IMG/VR virus record: IMGVR_UViG_3300013233_000436
Location: 4,804 to 68,803 of that record
Strand: one strand, 5' to 3'
DNA length: 64,000 nt
DNA from: a virus
Shown here: in pieces, positions 8,889-17,149 of the stretch
Layout of the letters: every line of letters begins with the position of its first letter
Numbering within the stretch: the first letter of the stretch is position 1
Made by a program: the position numbers and the translations under genes
Notes under the pieces: model-generated
What the model was told of the DNA's origin: nothing
Database searches by the model: none
Seen by the model: the letters and a program-made list of their open reading frames with translations, nothing else

Positions 8889-9176
8889 GTGAGCGGATCA
8901 AATAGTGAAATAGCGGTGCGTGGCGTTGAGCAGGAAGAGAGCTTTGATGATGAATCGGTATGGTTGTCGGCGTTGATCTCCGATTGTTGTTTGATTGCCG
9001 TAACATCGGGCGATAATGACCGGATCAAGCGATTGATTAAGAAGCGTAAAAAAACAATGTCACGCCGATGGAAGGCGACAAACTCTGTTCTGAAAAAATT
9101 AATCAAATCCCGTGATGTGTCATCGGTTGTTCGATTGGGGTTTGATGAAATATCACCGCTTGACACGAATCAATAA
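8889..9176 (+). CDS. Hypothetical protein
   Basis: GAGGTGG SD before GTG 8889. Confidence 0.5.
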   Translation: MSGSNSEIAVRGVEQEESFDDESVWLSALISDCCLIAVTSGDNDRIKRLIKKRKKTMSRRWKATNSVLKKLIKSRDVSSVVRLGFDEISPLDTNQ

Positions 9177-9187
9177 TCTGCTATCCT
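9160..9187 (+). promoter_or_regulatory. Sigma70-type promoter
   Basis: TTGACA (9160) - 16 nt - TATCCT (9182) with extended -10 TG. Confidence 0.55.
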
Positions 9188-9193
9188 TCTCTG

Positions 9194-9244
9194 CAACACG
9201 TTTTCCTCTCCAGTGTTAGAGCCTCCTTTATGGGGGCTTTTTTT
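9194..9244 (+). ncRNA. Candidate ~50-nt small RNA with anti-SD loop and intrinsic terminator
   Basis: Promoter upstream; hairpin AACAC/GTGTT with loop GTTTTCCTCTCCA; terminator AGAGCCTCC-TTTAT-GGGGGCTTT-TTTT; no ORF. Confidence 0.5.
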
Positions 9245-9285
9245 ATGCCTGCAATAATTGGCCGCGCAAGGCGACCAACATCAAA

Positions 9286-9729
9286 CTACCAGGGGATTGT
9301 CATAATCACCTTGACCCCAAACATATCGTAAGTGTTCGAATCTTTTCCCACCACGCAACTGTGATGCTGATAAGTGCCTAAAACATCCACGTTTGGAGCG
9401 CCGATTAGGTGTTGGGTAAAGCCAAGATTTGAAGTCAAACTGTCCTCTGCAAACGCGCATTGTGGCGACTGCTTGCCTGCTGCATTGGTCTCGATACCTA
9501 AAAACACCTGACTGTATTTGAAATACTCAATCTCTGCACTGTTTGCAGGTTTGGAGAAAATGAGAAGCAAACCGCCAATGCCTCCCATTGCCAGCACCGC
9601 ATAGACAACACCCCAAACAGCGCCGTTTTTAACAAACGTCTTGAGGTTGCCGTGTTTCTTGTAGGCAAAAATCAAAACGCCCACTATGAGTATTGAGACG
9701 AATCCCAAAAAGATAAACAGATTTTCCAT
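9286..9729 (-). CDS. Membrane/exported protein
   Basis: Two N-terminal hydrophobic segments, two Cys, beta-rich C-terminus ending in W. Confidence 0.65.
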   Translation of the reverse strand: MENLFIFLGFVSILIVGVLIFAYKKHGNLKTFVKNGAVWGVVYAVLAMGGIGGLLLIFSKPANSAEIEYFKYSQVFLGIETNAAGKQSPQCAFAEDSLTSNLGFTQHLIGAPNVDVLGTYQHHSCVVGKDSNTYDMFGVKVIMTIPW

Positions 9730-9755
9730 GCTACGCCCTTCTTTGTTGTTATGGC

Positions 9756-12700
9756 TTACGCCGTTATTTTAACTCTCAAAAAATCATATTCTGTTTCGCC
9801 ATTGCTGGTAATAATGGTGTTTTTCAGTGTGTACGTTTTGCCCGATGTTCCACCAGCAAGAAAGATACTGGTTGTGTCGCTGCTGAACGACTCCACGCCC
9901 ATATCAATGCCGGTTTCAGCCTCCCATGTTGATTGAGATATTGAACTACCGGATACAGCCCGTTTTTTGAGCCAATCCTTCCATTCAATCTTGAAAAACT
10001 CACCGGAACCTTGGTGTTTTGAGGTGATCATATTTCTTGCCTTTGCCTTGAATTCTCTGCGTGTTGGGGTGATGCCGAAAGATCGAGTTGTTGCCAGCCT
10101 TATGAAGCTTCTTTTTGATGCGCTTCGGATTAGCGCCTTTTTGCCGTCATTCTTGCCGCCCAAGCAGTAAGTTGTGGCCGTTGAGGTAAGCCCCTGTTGA
10201 TTGGCGTGAATGCCGCAAACAGTGGAGGTAAAAGCGATAATTGAGGCCGATTCTTCGCCACCACTAATTGATATTGTGGCCTCAACCGGTTTAACCGGCT
10301 CCATTGCTTGGTCTTGGCTTTGCGCTGAAACATCGAGTGATAGCGTAAGAATTGTGCCAATGTTTGCGGTATTGGCCTGACTTGCCAGTATTTCAGTGAT
10401 GGCTTTGATGGCGGTTTTCAGTGTTGCTGTGTCGCCGTCTTTGGATGCAACCACGAGAGCCTTGTTCGAGGCGCTAACGGTGGCTGTGGCAAGGTTATCG
10501 CCTTGTCGGGCTACGATTGACGCAATGGCGGACGAATAACCCTCTAGGTCGCTTAAATCACTTCCTTGGTTGATGGCAATGCCTGCCACCGATGGTGCTG
10601 ATAGGGCCGCTATATTGTCGCCGCTTTTGCCTGTCACCGACGAGACCACAATGGATTGCCCTGTAATCCATGCGTTATCCTTTGCCTCTCCTGTTAGGGT
10701 TGCGCCTGACAGCAGGTTTATCGACACTGTAGCGCGGTTGTTTTCGCTTTGTGCTGATCCGGTGATGGTTGCCAGTGGGATTAATTTTGCAGGGGATGAT
10801 TGATCTGCGTTAAATCCTGAAACAGAGGCGATAGAGCCGCTTGCCATGTTTGCGGTGGCCACACCCTTGTCTATTCCATTGAGTGAATACGTTACCGCTG
10901 AAATAGCGGCAACCGATGCGGCTTGATCCTGTTGGCCGCCCACAATGTTGATGTTACCGGCGCTCACCTTGAGGCGTGTTTTATCGCCATTGCCAGAAAT
11001 TGAGAACAGGGATATAACGCTTTGAGTGACCGTAAACGCCGTGGTGTTTGGTTGTTCTGTTGGCGCAATGATCGGTCTTGCATATCCGGTAAGTGCGGCT
11101 GACAGGGATTGAGCCTCTTGCTTGCTGATTGCAGTCAGTGCCGCGCTTGGTGTTGCGAGATAAGCCGCGCTTTGCTCTTCCTGCTGCATCGGTATGGTTG
11201 CGCTGTTTGTGGCTGTCAATTGCCCAAATGATGCGTTTGCCTGTGTGCCAGTTATTGGCGTTACCACACTTGAAATGGCGCTAATGGTCGATGATTGCTC
11301 ACCCTGCTTACCGGCAAAAATGGCCGTTGTTGCTGATCCACTGGCAATACTTGATCCAAACGCGCCCTGTGTTACCGACAGAATGGCCGCTCCAGAGGAA
11401 AGCAATTTTGACGTTTGGCTTTCTTGCTGAATGGCTAGGCTTGATTGGGTGATCAACGTGTAAGAAAAGCTTACAAGTTCGTCGCCGGTTGCCATGTTTG
11501 CTGCTGCTGTGGTTGCTGAATTTGCGGCAATCTTTGAGGTGTTGCCCTCACTTATTGGCCACAATCCGATGGCGTTTATTGTGTTGGCAGACAGAGAGCC
11601 GATACCACTCTCTTGTGCTGTGTTCAGTTTGACGTTTAGACCACTGGCAATAGTGGAAGCTTGCCCCTCACTGGCAGCCAATAGGGACGTGCCTAACGAT
11701 GGCTTGAGTTGAAGCGCGGCATTGCCTGCTGTTTCGATTTGAACGACAGTGGCCACCACTTTGGGGGTTGCTGTGGCAGAGCTTGATTGATCTTCTTGGG
11801 TTGAATAAATGGCTGCAAGTGTCGCAGCATAGCCGCCAAGATTTGCCGCATCTGACCCCTGAGACACCACCACCCTTGCTGCACCACTTGTCAGAATAAG
11901 CCCCGCTTGGCTTTCACTTGAAACGCTGAACTGATAACTCACCGATGGGGTGATGGATAGAGTCGCGTTGTCGATGCCGGTTAAAGCCGAATTGGCAATA
12001 GCGGATGAATGAGAGCTGATTAATGCCCTGTCACCCGACTCAGTAAGAAGTATCGCCCCCGCCGCTGCTGAGTTGCCGCCAATGGTCGCTGTTGCCCCAT
12101 CCTGTTTGGCGCTGATAACCGTGCCAGAGAACAGGGATATTTTGCCGCTGTTGTCGCCGCTGGACAGGTTGGCTGATATTGAACTAAAAGGGCTTAGTAG
12201 CGCCGCTACTGAATCGCCGCCGCTTGCACTGGACTGATTGGCCGTGCTTCTTGCTGTGGCAGTCAGTGTGGATAACCCATCTTCCTGCTTGATCCCAATA
12301 AATGAACCGGCATGAGCTGCACCCGACAGGCTGGACAGTTGGCTTTCCTGCGCGACTCCGATGCTAACGCCGGTATCAATTGACAGTGAGGCTGTGTTGT
12401 TTTCGTTGGCGTTAAAAAACGCTGAAATTGAAACTGGGAGCAGCCACCCGCTCACTGAATCATCGTATTGATACGCCCTCATGCTGGAGCTTACGGACGG
12501 CGACACTGGTAACGATGCAGAGCCAACAGTGAGGCCGCTAACCGCGCATGATAGAGATTGATCGAGTGACAGATTAGCGGTATCCCCAACCAGTGCAGTG
12601 GACACAATGCCAGCACTCACAACAGCCGCAACAGTTGAGGCTATCCCGCTTTGCTGTATTGCTTTTGTGGATGCAGTGGATTTAGCAGTGGATTTAGCGG

Positions 12701-13817
12701 ATACCGTGGTGGATTCACTGGATATTGCGGTGGATGCGGTGGATTTTTGGCCTATCCCGACCATTGCACCCTGATCCTGTGATCTGGATAATACAACGGC
12801 GTTGGCCGATATGACTGCATCTTGCCACACACCAACAACAGCAAAAGCTTCAGGGCTTGACTGTGCCGCAAAATAAGCCGCCTCACGATCAGGTGATACG
12901 GCGTAGTTTGATATTGATATTCCGGCAATATCGCAAGCAGGCCAGTCGGTATCACCAAAACGGAGACCGAAATTAGCAAACCCCGCCACAATGCCCGGCG
13001 GTATATTGGCTCCACTGACCCTCGAAACCTCTGTGCCATTGGCGTAGAGAATTAGGTCTGTGGTCACATCATCGAAACTTACCGTTACCTTGTGTGTTCC
13101 GGCTGTTGTGCCTGGAACACCCGCAATTTTAGCACCCCAATCGTGCTTTACAGACCAATCGGGGAATTTCCACTCAGCCCTAAGACAATCCTCTGTGTCA
13201 TCAACACCACCAATATTGGCAAGCGTTGCGCCGCCATCATTACCAGCCGCAAGATCGGAAAACCACAAGGAGACCGTGTATAAATACGGATTAAAGCGGT
13301 TTGCCCCAAACCCGATACCTTGGGAGCCGTCGAGAAAGTAACCCGTACCCATTGGGGTTTGAGTCCTTGCAGGCGCAAGCCCCCCAAGAGTTACAATGCC
13401 GTCAACCCCTGCTGGACTTGAATCTCTAACGGTGGTGTCGGGATTGCCGGTTATTTGGCTTGGTTCGCAATGTGCAGTGACGGTGTTATCAGCCCAAACA
13501 GCGCCGGGATTTTGCAGGCTGATTGCTGTTGCATTGCCGATGTAAGCATGGATAAGGGTATCAGTCGATGCGGACAGTAACGGAACGCGAACAAACGCCA
13601 AAAGGTCGCCTGAAACCTCATTGAACCGAACTATTTCAAATGGGAGTAGCGTGTCATCGGGGAGTGTGAAAACAATATCGGCACCACTCGGTTGAGCGGT
13701 TGCCGCCAATATTGAATCAGCATTGATCTTTACAGGTAATTCAAAACCCGTCTGATCTACAGCAATAGAGCCTGCTGGAACGGTGATTACCGCATATTTT
13801 GAGTATCCAGCAAGCAT
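9756..13817 (-). CDS. Large virion fibre/adhesin: DUF2341 + LamG/ConA-like N-terminus, Ala/Ser/Thr-rich stalk, C-terminal fibre-adaptor-like domain
   Basis: ADIVFTLPDDTLLPFEI...AFVRVPLLSASTDTLIHAYIGN (DUF2341); YTVSLWF/LILYANG (LamG); IEWKDWL...STW...IFLAGGTSGKTYTLKNTIITSNGET tail. Confidence 0.7.
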   Translation of the reverse strand: MLAGYSKYAVITVPAGSIAVDQTGFELPVKINADSILAATAQPSGADIVFTLPDDTLLPFEIVRFNEVSGDLLAFVRVPLLSASTDTLIHAYIGNATAISLQNPGAVWADNTVTAHCEPSQITGNPDTTVRDSSPAGVDGIVTLGGLAPARTQTPMGTGYFLDGSQGIGFGANRFNPYLYTVSLWFSDLAAGNDGGATLANIGGVDDTEDCLRAEWKFPDWSVKHDWGAKIAGVPGTTAGTHKVTVSFDDVTTDLILYANGTEVSRVSGANIPPGIVAGFANFGLRFGDTDWPACDIAGISISNYAVSPDREAAYFAAQSSPEAFAVVGVWQDAVISANAVVLSRSQDQGAMVGIGQKSTASTAISSESTTVSAKSTAKSTASTKAIQQSGIASTVAAVVSAGIVSTALVGDTANLSLDQSLSCAVSGLTVGSASLPVSPSVSSSMRAYQYDDSVSGWLLPVSISAFFNANENNTASLSIDTGVSIGVAQESQLSSLSGAAHAGSFIGIKQEDGLSTLTATARSTANQSSASGGDSVAALLSPFSSISANLSSGDNSGKISLFSGTVISAKQDGATATIGGNSAAAGAILLTESGDRALISSHSSAIANSALTGIDNATLSITPSVSYQFSVSSESQAGLILTSGAARVVVSQGSDAANLGGYAATLAAIYSTQEDQSSSATATPKVVATVVQIETAGNAALQLKPSLGTSLLAASEGQASTIASGLNVKLNTAQESGIGSLSANTINAIGLWPISEGNTSKIAANSATTAAANMATGDELVSFSYTLITQSSLAIQQESQTSKLLSSGAAILSVTQGAFGSSIASGSATTAIFAGKQGEQSSTISAISSVVTPITGTQANASFGQLTATNSATIPMQQEEQSAAYLATPSAALTAISKQEAQSLSAALTGYARPIIAPTEQPNTTAFTVTQSVISLFSISGNGDKTRLKVSAGNINIVGGQQDQAASVAAISAVTYSLNGIDKGVATANMASGSIASVSGFNADQSSPAKLIPLATITGSAQSENNRATVSINLLSGATLTGEAKDNAWITGQSIVVSSVTGKSGDNIAALSAPSVAGIAINQGSDLSDLEGYSSAIASIVARQGDNLATATVSASNKALVVASKDGDTATLKTAIKAITEILASQANTANIGTILTLSLDVSAQSQDQAMEPVKPVEATISISGGEESASIIAFTSTVCGIHANQQGLTSTATTYCLGGKNDGKKALIRSASKRSFIRLATTRSFGITPTRREFKAKARNMITSKHQGSGEFFKIEWKDWLKKRAVSGSSISQSTWEAETGIDMGVESFSSDTTSIFLAGGTSGKTYTLKNTIITSNGETEYDFLRVKITA

Positions 13818-13829
13818 AAGTTCACCTAA

Positions 13830-14264
13830 TTAAACAAGACCAAGATTGCCAGAGGTGTGTGTGTAGCTGGAAACGCTTACCGTCAGGTTTTCACTGATTA
13901 ATGTGGTGGGCATTTCCATTTCTGCTCCAGACCCAACAAGACCGACCGTGCCATCAAGGATAAACGCGCCGTTGCTGTCAGTAACGCGAAACCATGTTGC
14001 TGTCTGACCCGTGGGGCTTGCGTCCACTGTGCCTAATGTATCGGCAATAGCGCCTGCTGTAATCGCGTCATTTACGGCTGAACCGAAAGACGGGAAGGCC
14101 AGAGAGAACTGGCACAAAACTAGATTTGCGACTGCTGGAGTAGCGCCGTTAAGTGGCTGTGTGCCGCTGTAGACTTCAATAGATCCTGCTGCACCACCGC
14201 CGTCAACAAGCGGCTGGATTTGATCGAGTTGTGCGTGTCGCAATGTTTGTGAGTAACCAAGCAT
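13830..14264 (-). CDS. Virion structural protein of fibre modules
   Basis: SIEVYSGTQP...TATWFRVTDS..ILDGTVG..GSGAEM family seen beside phage fibre genes. Confidence 0.65.
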   Translation of the reverse strand: MLGYSQTLRHAQLDQIQPLVDGGGAAGSIEVYSGTQPLNGATPAVANLVLCQFSLAFPSFGSAVNDAITAGAIADTLGTVDASPTGQTATWFRVTDSNGAFILDGTVGLVGSGAEMEMPTTLISENLTVSVSSYTHTSGNLGLV

Positions 14265-14278
14265 GATGTAAGCTCCAA

Positions 14279-15091
14279 TTATTTAATATGTGCGTCGATG
14301 TAGGGATTTGATTTGCCTTGTATTTTGGCAATCTGTGTGTTTCGGTAAAACTCTGCTTTTGTTGGCGGGTCTTTCCTGTCCCATTCCAGCAATGTTAAGC
14401 GGTGCTTTATCTGCTTTCTGTCCGATGTTTTGGGGAAGTAAAACCCAAGAACCGAACCCCATGTATCCATCATGTAAAGCTCTGCTCTTGCAAGTTCACC
14501 CCTGACTGATTCGCCGGGATCAGCAATTGATCGAGTTGTTTCAAAGTCACAAGAGCCGTAAGCCCCTCTTTTTGAGGTCGTTGCGCTTAATTTGAGTCCA
14601 GCACCAAAACCAGCAACACCAAACGGCTTATTGCTTCTATCGGCGTTTAGCTCACCGATTGCTGGCGCGAGGTTGTAGAGGTCGTTGTGGGCGCGTTTAA
14701 AATAGGGGTCTAATTTGTACCCGCATTTTCTGCCCCTGAATGATCGTCCACTGCGATTTTTGCACAGGAACTTGCTCGACCATTCGCGCTTAATGCCCAT
14801 CGAGTGCGCGGTGGTAATGTGTTCAGCCTCAATTCGCCGTGCGCGTTGATTGATTGTGCCGCGCCTTGTGAGATACATTTTTGGCTTGTACCCACAACCT
14901 TTCTTGCTAATCAGCCTTGAGTTCGCGTTGAAGTCGCAACCACAATAGACAGTGCCTTCGCCGCTGTCCTTCCAGATTTTATAGACAATCTTTTTCGCAT
15001 TCCAAAACCCTGTTGGAGTTGTTGGTAGTTGATCCGCCAAAGATGGCAGGGCGATAAGGCATAAAATAAAGGCTGATACGATTTTTTTCAC
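14279..15091 (-). CDS. endA: Secreted endonuclease I (EndA/Dns/Vvn family)
   Basis: Signal peptide; YCGC, RIEAEH, DLYNLAPAIGELNADRSN, RGELARAELYM, WDRKDPP, QGKSNPYI. Confidence 0.9.
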   Translation of the reverse strand: MKKIVSAFILCLIALPSLADQLPTTPTGFWNAKKIVYKIWKDSGEGTVYCGCDFNANSRLISKKGCGYKPKMYLTRRGTINQRARRIEAEHITTAHSMGIKREWSSKFLCKNRSGRSFRGRKCGYKLDPYFKRAHNDLYNLAPAIGELNADRSNKPFGVAGFGAGLKLSATTSKRGAYGSCDFETTRSIADPGESVRGELARAELYMMDTWGSVLGFYFPKTSDRKQIKHRLTLLEWDRKDPPTKAEFYRNTQIAKIQGKSNPYIDAHIK

Positions 15092-15153
15092 TGATTGTCC
15101 AGAGGATTGACTAAATAAGCTGCCAGATTACGGATTGCAAGCATCAAATCCTA

Positions 15154-15198
15154 TCAAATAAAAATGTAACTGACCTTTTCATCCCTTGGTGGCAAAGT
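15154..15198 (+). promoter_or_regulatory. Putative late promoter 1
   Basis: TCAAATAAAAATGTAA - 23 nt - CAAAGT; repeated before five morphogenesis operons. Confidence 0.75.
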
Positions 15199-15204
15199 AG
15201 CGGC

Positions 15205-15816
15205 ATGAAAAAGATCATGTGTGTATCGCTAATCGGCAAGACAAGATTCAAGTCTTTGGCTGTTTGGGATGGTGATCTGCTTATTTTCCATGAGATAACC
15301 CCGATTAAGGGGGTGTTTGAGCGGTGGAAGCCGCCATTGATGGAAGAGATGGAAAGCCGATCCAGCAGTGGGGCATCGGTTTACATTGAGGATAGGAGTG
15401 GGTCATTCGGTGATCTTGGGTTTCAGTTCACCCTTGACGCAATTGATTCAGCAACAGGCCGAACGTATCAGTCTATTGCAATGGATGAATACTACGGATT
15501 AGTGGCAATGAGTGACGCTAGTGGCGCTCGACAGGGAAACATTATCGTCGGCAAAGGATTGGAGCGGGTCTTTTTCAACGAGAATACGGTGAATATCACC
15601 GCTGACGATAAAGGCCGCAACAAATACGATATTGATCCCGCTGCGTTTACTGGACAGCATAGAGTAATGCTTATGTCGGTATTGGCTGCAAAGGTGTTTC
15701 ACACGCCAACGGAGTCAGACTTTGCGCGAATGCTTGGACTGTCAGGCTTTGAAGATGCGCCCATGCACGTTAGATCGTTGCAGGCCATAGCAGGAAGGGG
15801 TAGGAATGCTGTTTAA
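15205..15816 (+). CDS. Hypothetical protein heading the first late operon
   Basis: 203 aa ORF directly after late promoter motif, overlaps gp26-like gene. Confidence 0.7.
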   Translation: MKKIMCVSLIGKTRFKSLAVWDGDLLIFHEITPIKGVFERWKPPLMEEMESRSSSGASVYIEDRSGSFGDLGFQFTLDAIDSATGRTYQSIAMDEYYGLVAMSDASGARQGNIIVGKGLERVFFNENTVNITADDKGRNKYDIDPAAFTGQHRVMLMSVLAAKVFHTPTESDFARMLGLSGFEDAPMHVRSLQAIAGRGRNAV

Positions 15817-16234
15817 CCGACTGTCACCGCAAAATATCACCAATGATTTTGTGAGGGCGCGGTTTTACCGTGAAGTACAAAATGGAAGCCCTGATTGGGA
15901 TAGCTGGGAGGTTTCAATAGGCGAGGAATTGAGTCCTGAATTGGTCTCATTGAGGTATTACGGTACTCCAGCTCTCAAAATGATTGTGGTGATTGCCTCT
16001 GGTGTATTTGATATGCGAGGTTCGCTAAAGGTTGGCAGGCCAATATCGCTACCTCCTACAAGGTGGGTGAGGGATCGAATTAAGCATTATGTGGCACTTG
16101 AGCGCAGCATAGACTTCGATGAAAAGGTGGTTCTGGCAACGGAGGCCGTAAGCGCACCGGCAAGCGTGACGCAAGATGAGGCGGCTACCGGTAGTGATTT
16201 ACTGCCATCTGAATACGAGGTTCTCGTTCTGTGA
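15806..16234 (+). CDS. Baseplate protein, P1 gp26-like (LysM-like fold)
   Basis: EELSPELVSLRYYGTPALKMIV...ISLPPTRWVRDRI; synteny 26-25-7-24-6-5. Confidence 0.7.
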   Translation: MLFNRLSPQNITNDFVRARFYREVQNGSPDWDSWEVSIGEELSPELVSLRYYGTPALKMIVVIASGVFDMRGSLKVGRPISLPPTRWVRDRIKHYVALERSIDFDEKVVLATEAVSAPASVTQDEAATGSDLLPSEYEVLVL

Positions 16235-16812
16235 GTTCGAGTGAGGACAAGGATAAGGATGATGTTTATGAGCTGCTTGATGACATTGATCATGATGGCG
16301 GCAAAATATCCCTCTCTTTTGGGGATAACCTTATTTACATTGATGAGCCGGAGGGCGGCTTAGATGAAGATATTATTAGCGAAATTGCGAAATACGAGGA
16401 CGTTATTCTTGAATATTTTGGTGTAGAAGGTGGGCAAATTGTTACCAGTATCAGTGGCGCGGTTAATCCTGTTGTACTTGCCCCTGTTTCTGTATCAATC
16501 CGCTGTAGTGGCTCTGACCAAGGGTGTGCTGTTTCTGCTTCGGCGGTGAGTCCGGACGTTGTAGTTGTCACAACGACAGATACGGTAACAGTAAGCGAGA
16601 GCCTTGATTTTGTTAATCAGGAAAACCTCATTAACGATGATGGTCAGGTTTGGGAGTTTGAAAGCGGTGGATTCAATCCATTGATGGTGATTCACGGCAA
16701 AACGGTAATACCGCCGGATCAATACATTGTGAGCGACGATAGCAAAACGATTACTTTGCCCGACTACATTGTGCCAGACGACAAGGTTTACGCGATGGGT
16801 TTGGCCGTATAG
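16231..16812 (+). CDS. Acidic putative virion protein sharing C-terminal domain with 17150..18181
   Basis: VIHGKTVIPPDQYIVSDDSKTI vs FIHGQVVLPPHLYGLSDDGTKV. Confidence 0.6.
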   Translation: MSSSEDKDKDDVYELLDDIDHDGGKISLSFGDNLIYIDEPEGGLDEDIISEIAKYEDVILEYFGVEGGQIVTSISGAVNPVVLAPVSVSIRCSGSDQGCAVSASAVSPDVVVVTTTDTVTVSESLDFVNQENLINDDGQVWEFESGGFNPLMVIHGKTVIPPDQYIVSDDSKTITLPDYIVPDDKVYAMGLAV

Positions 16813-16845
16813 ATTTTTGAATTAAAACAAATTAAAAGGGTTGCA

Positions 16846-17058
16846 ATGAAGATTAAAAAGGCCGATTTTGCGGCTTACGTTCAGATGATCTCTGGCCAAG
16901 AGCCTGATGTTAATGCGGTGACAGGCGAGTTTTCTTTTCCCGATACACTGGGAAAAAGCACCTCCGAATGGCGCAGTGAATACGCCAAAAGTGGATCAAG
17001 AATTCACAATGCTTTAACACTGCAACTGCTTGAAAAGAAAAAGTTAATTATGTCTTAG
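16846..17058 (+). CDS. Hypothetical protein
   Basis: AAGGG SD, ORF in late operon. Confidence 0.5.
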   Translation: MKIKKADFAAYVQMISGQEPDVNAVTGEFSFPDTLGKSTSEWRSEYAKSGSRIHNALTLQLLEKKKLIMS

Positions 17059-17149
17059 TGTCTTTGGATGCTTGACAGGTCTGTTTGTTTGTTCGTGCGA
17101 GTTCTCGCAAAAGAAACTTTCTTTTAATGATTTATAGGAAAATTAAATC

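Noticed and set aside
12667-12744. DnaA boxes
   Set aside because: Only the ATCCAC core matches TTATCCACA; flanks do not, so not called as DnaA boxes
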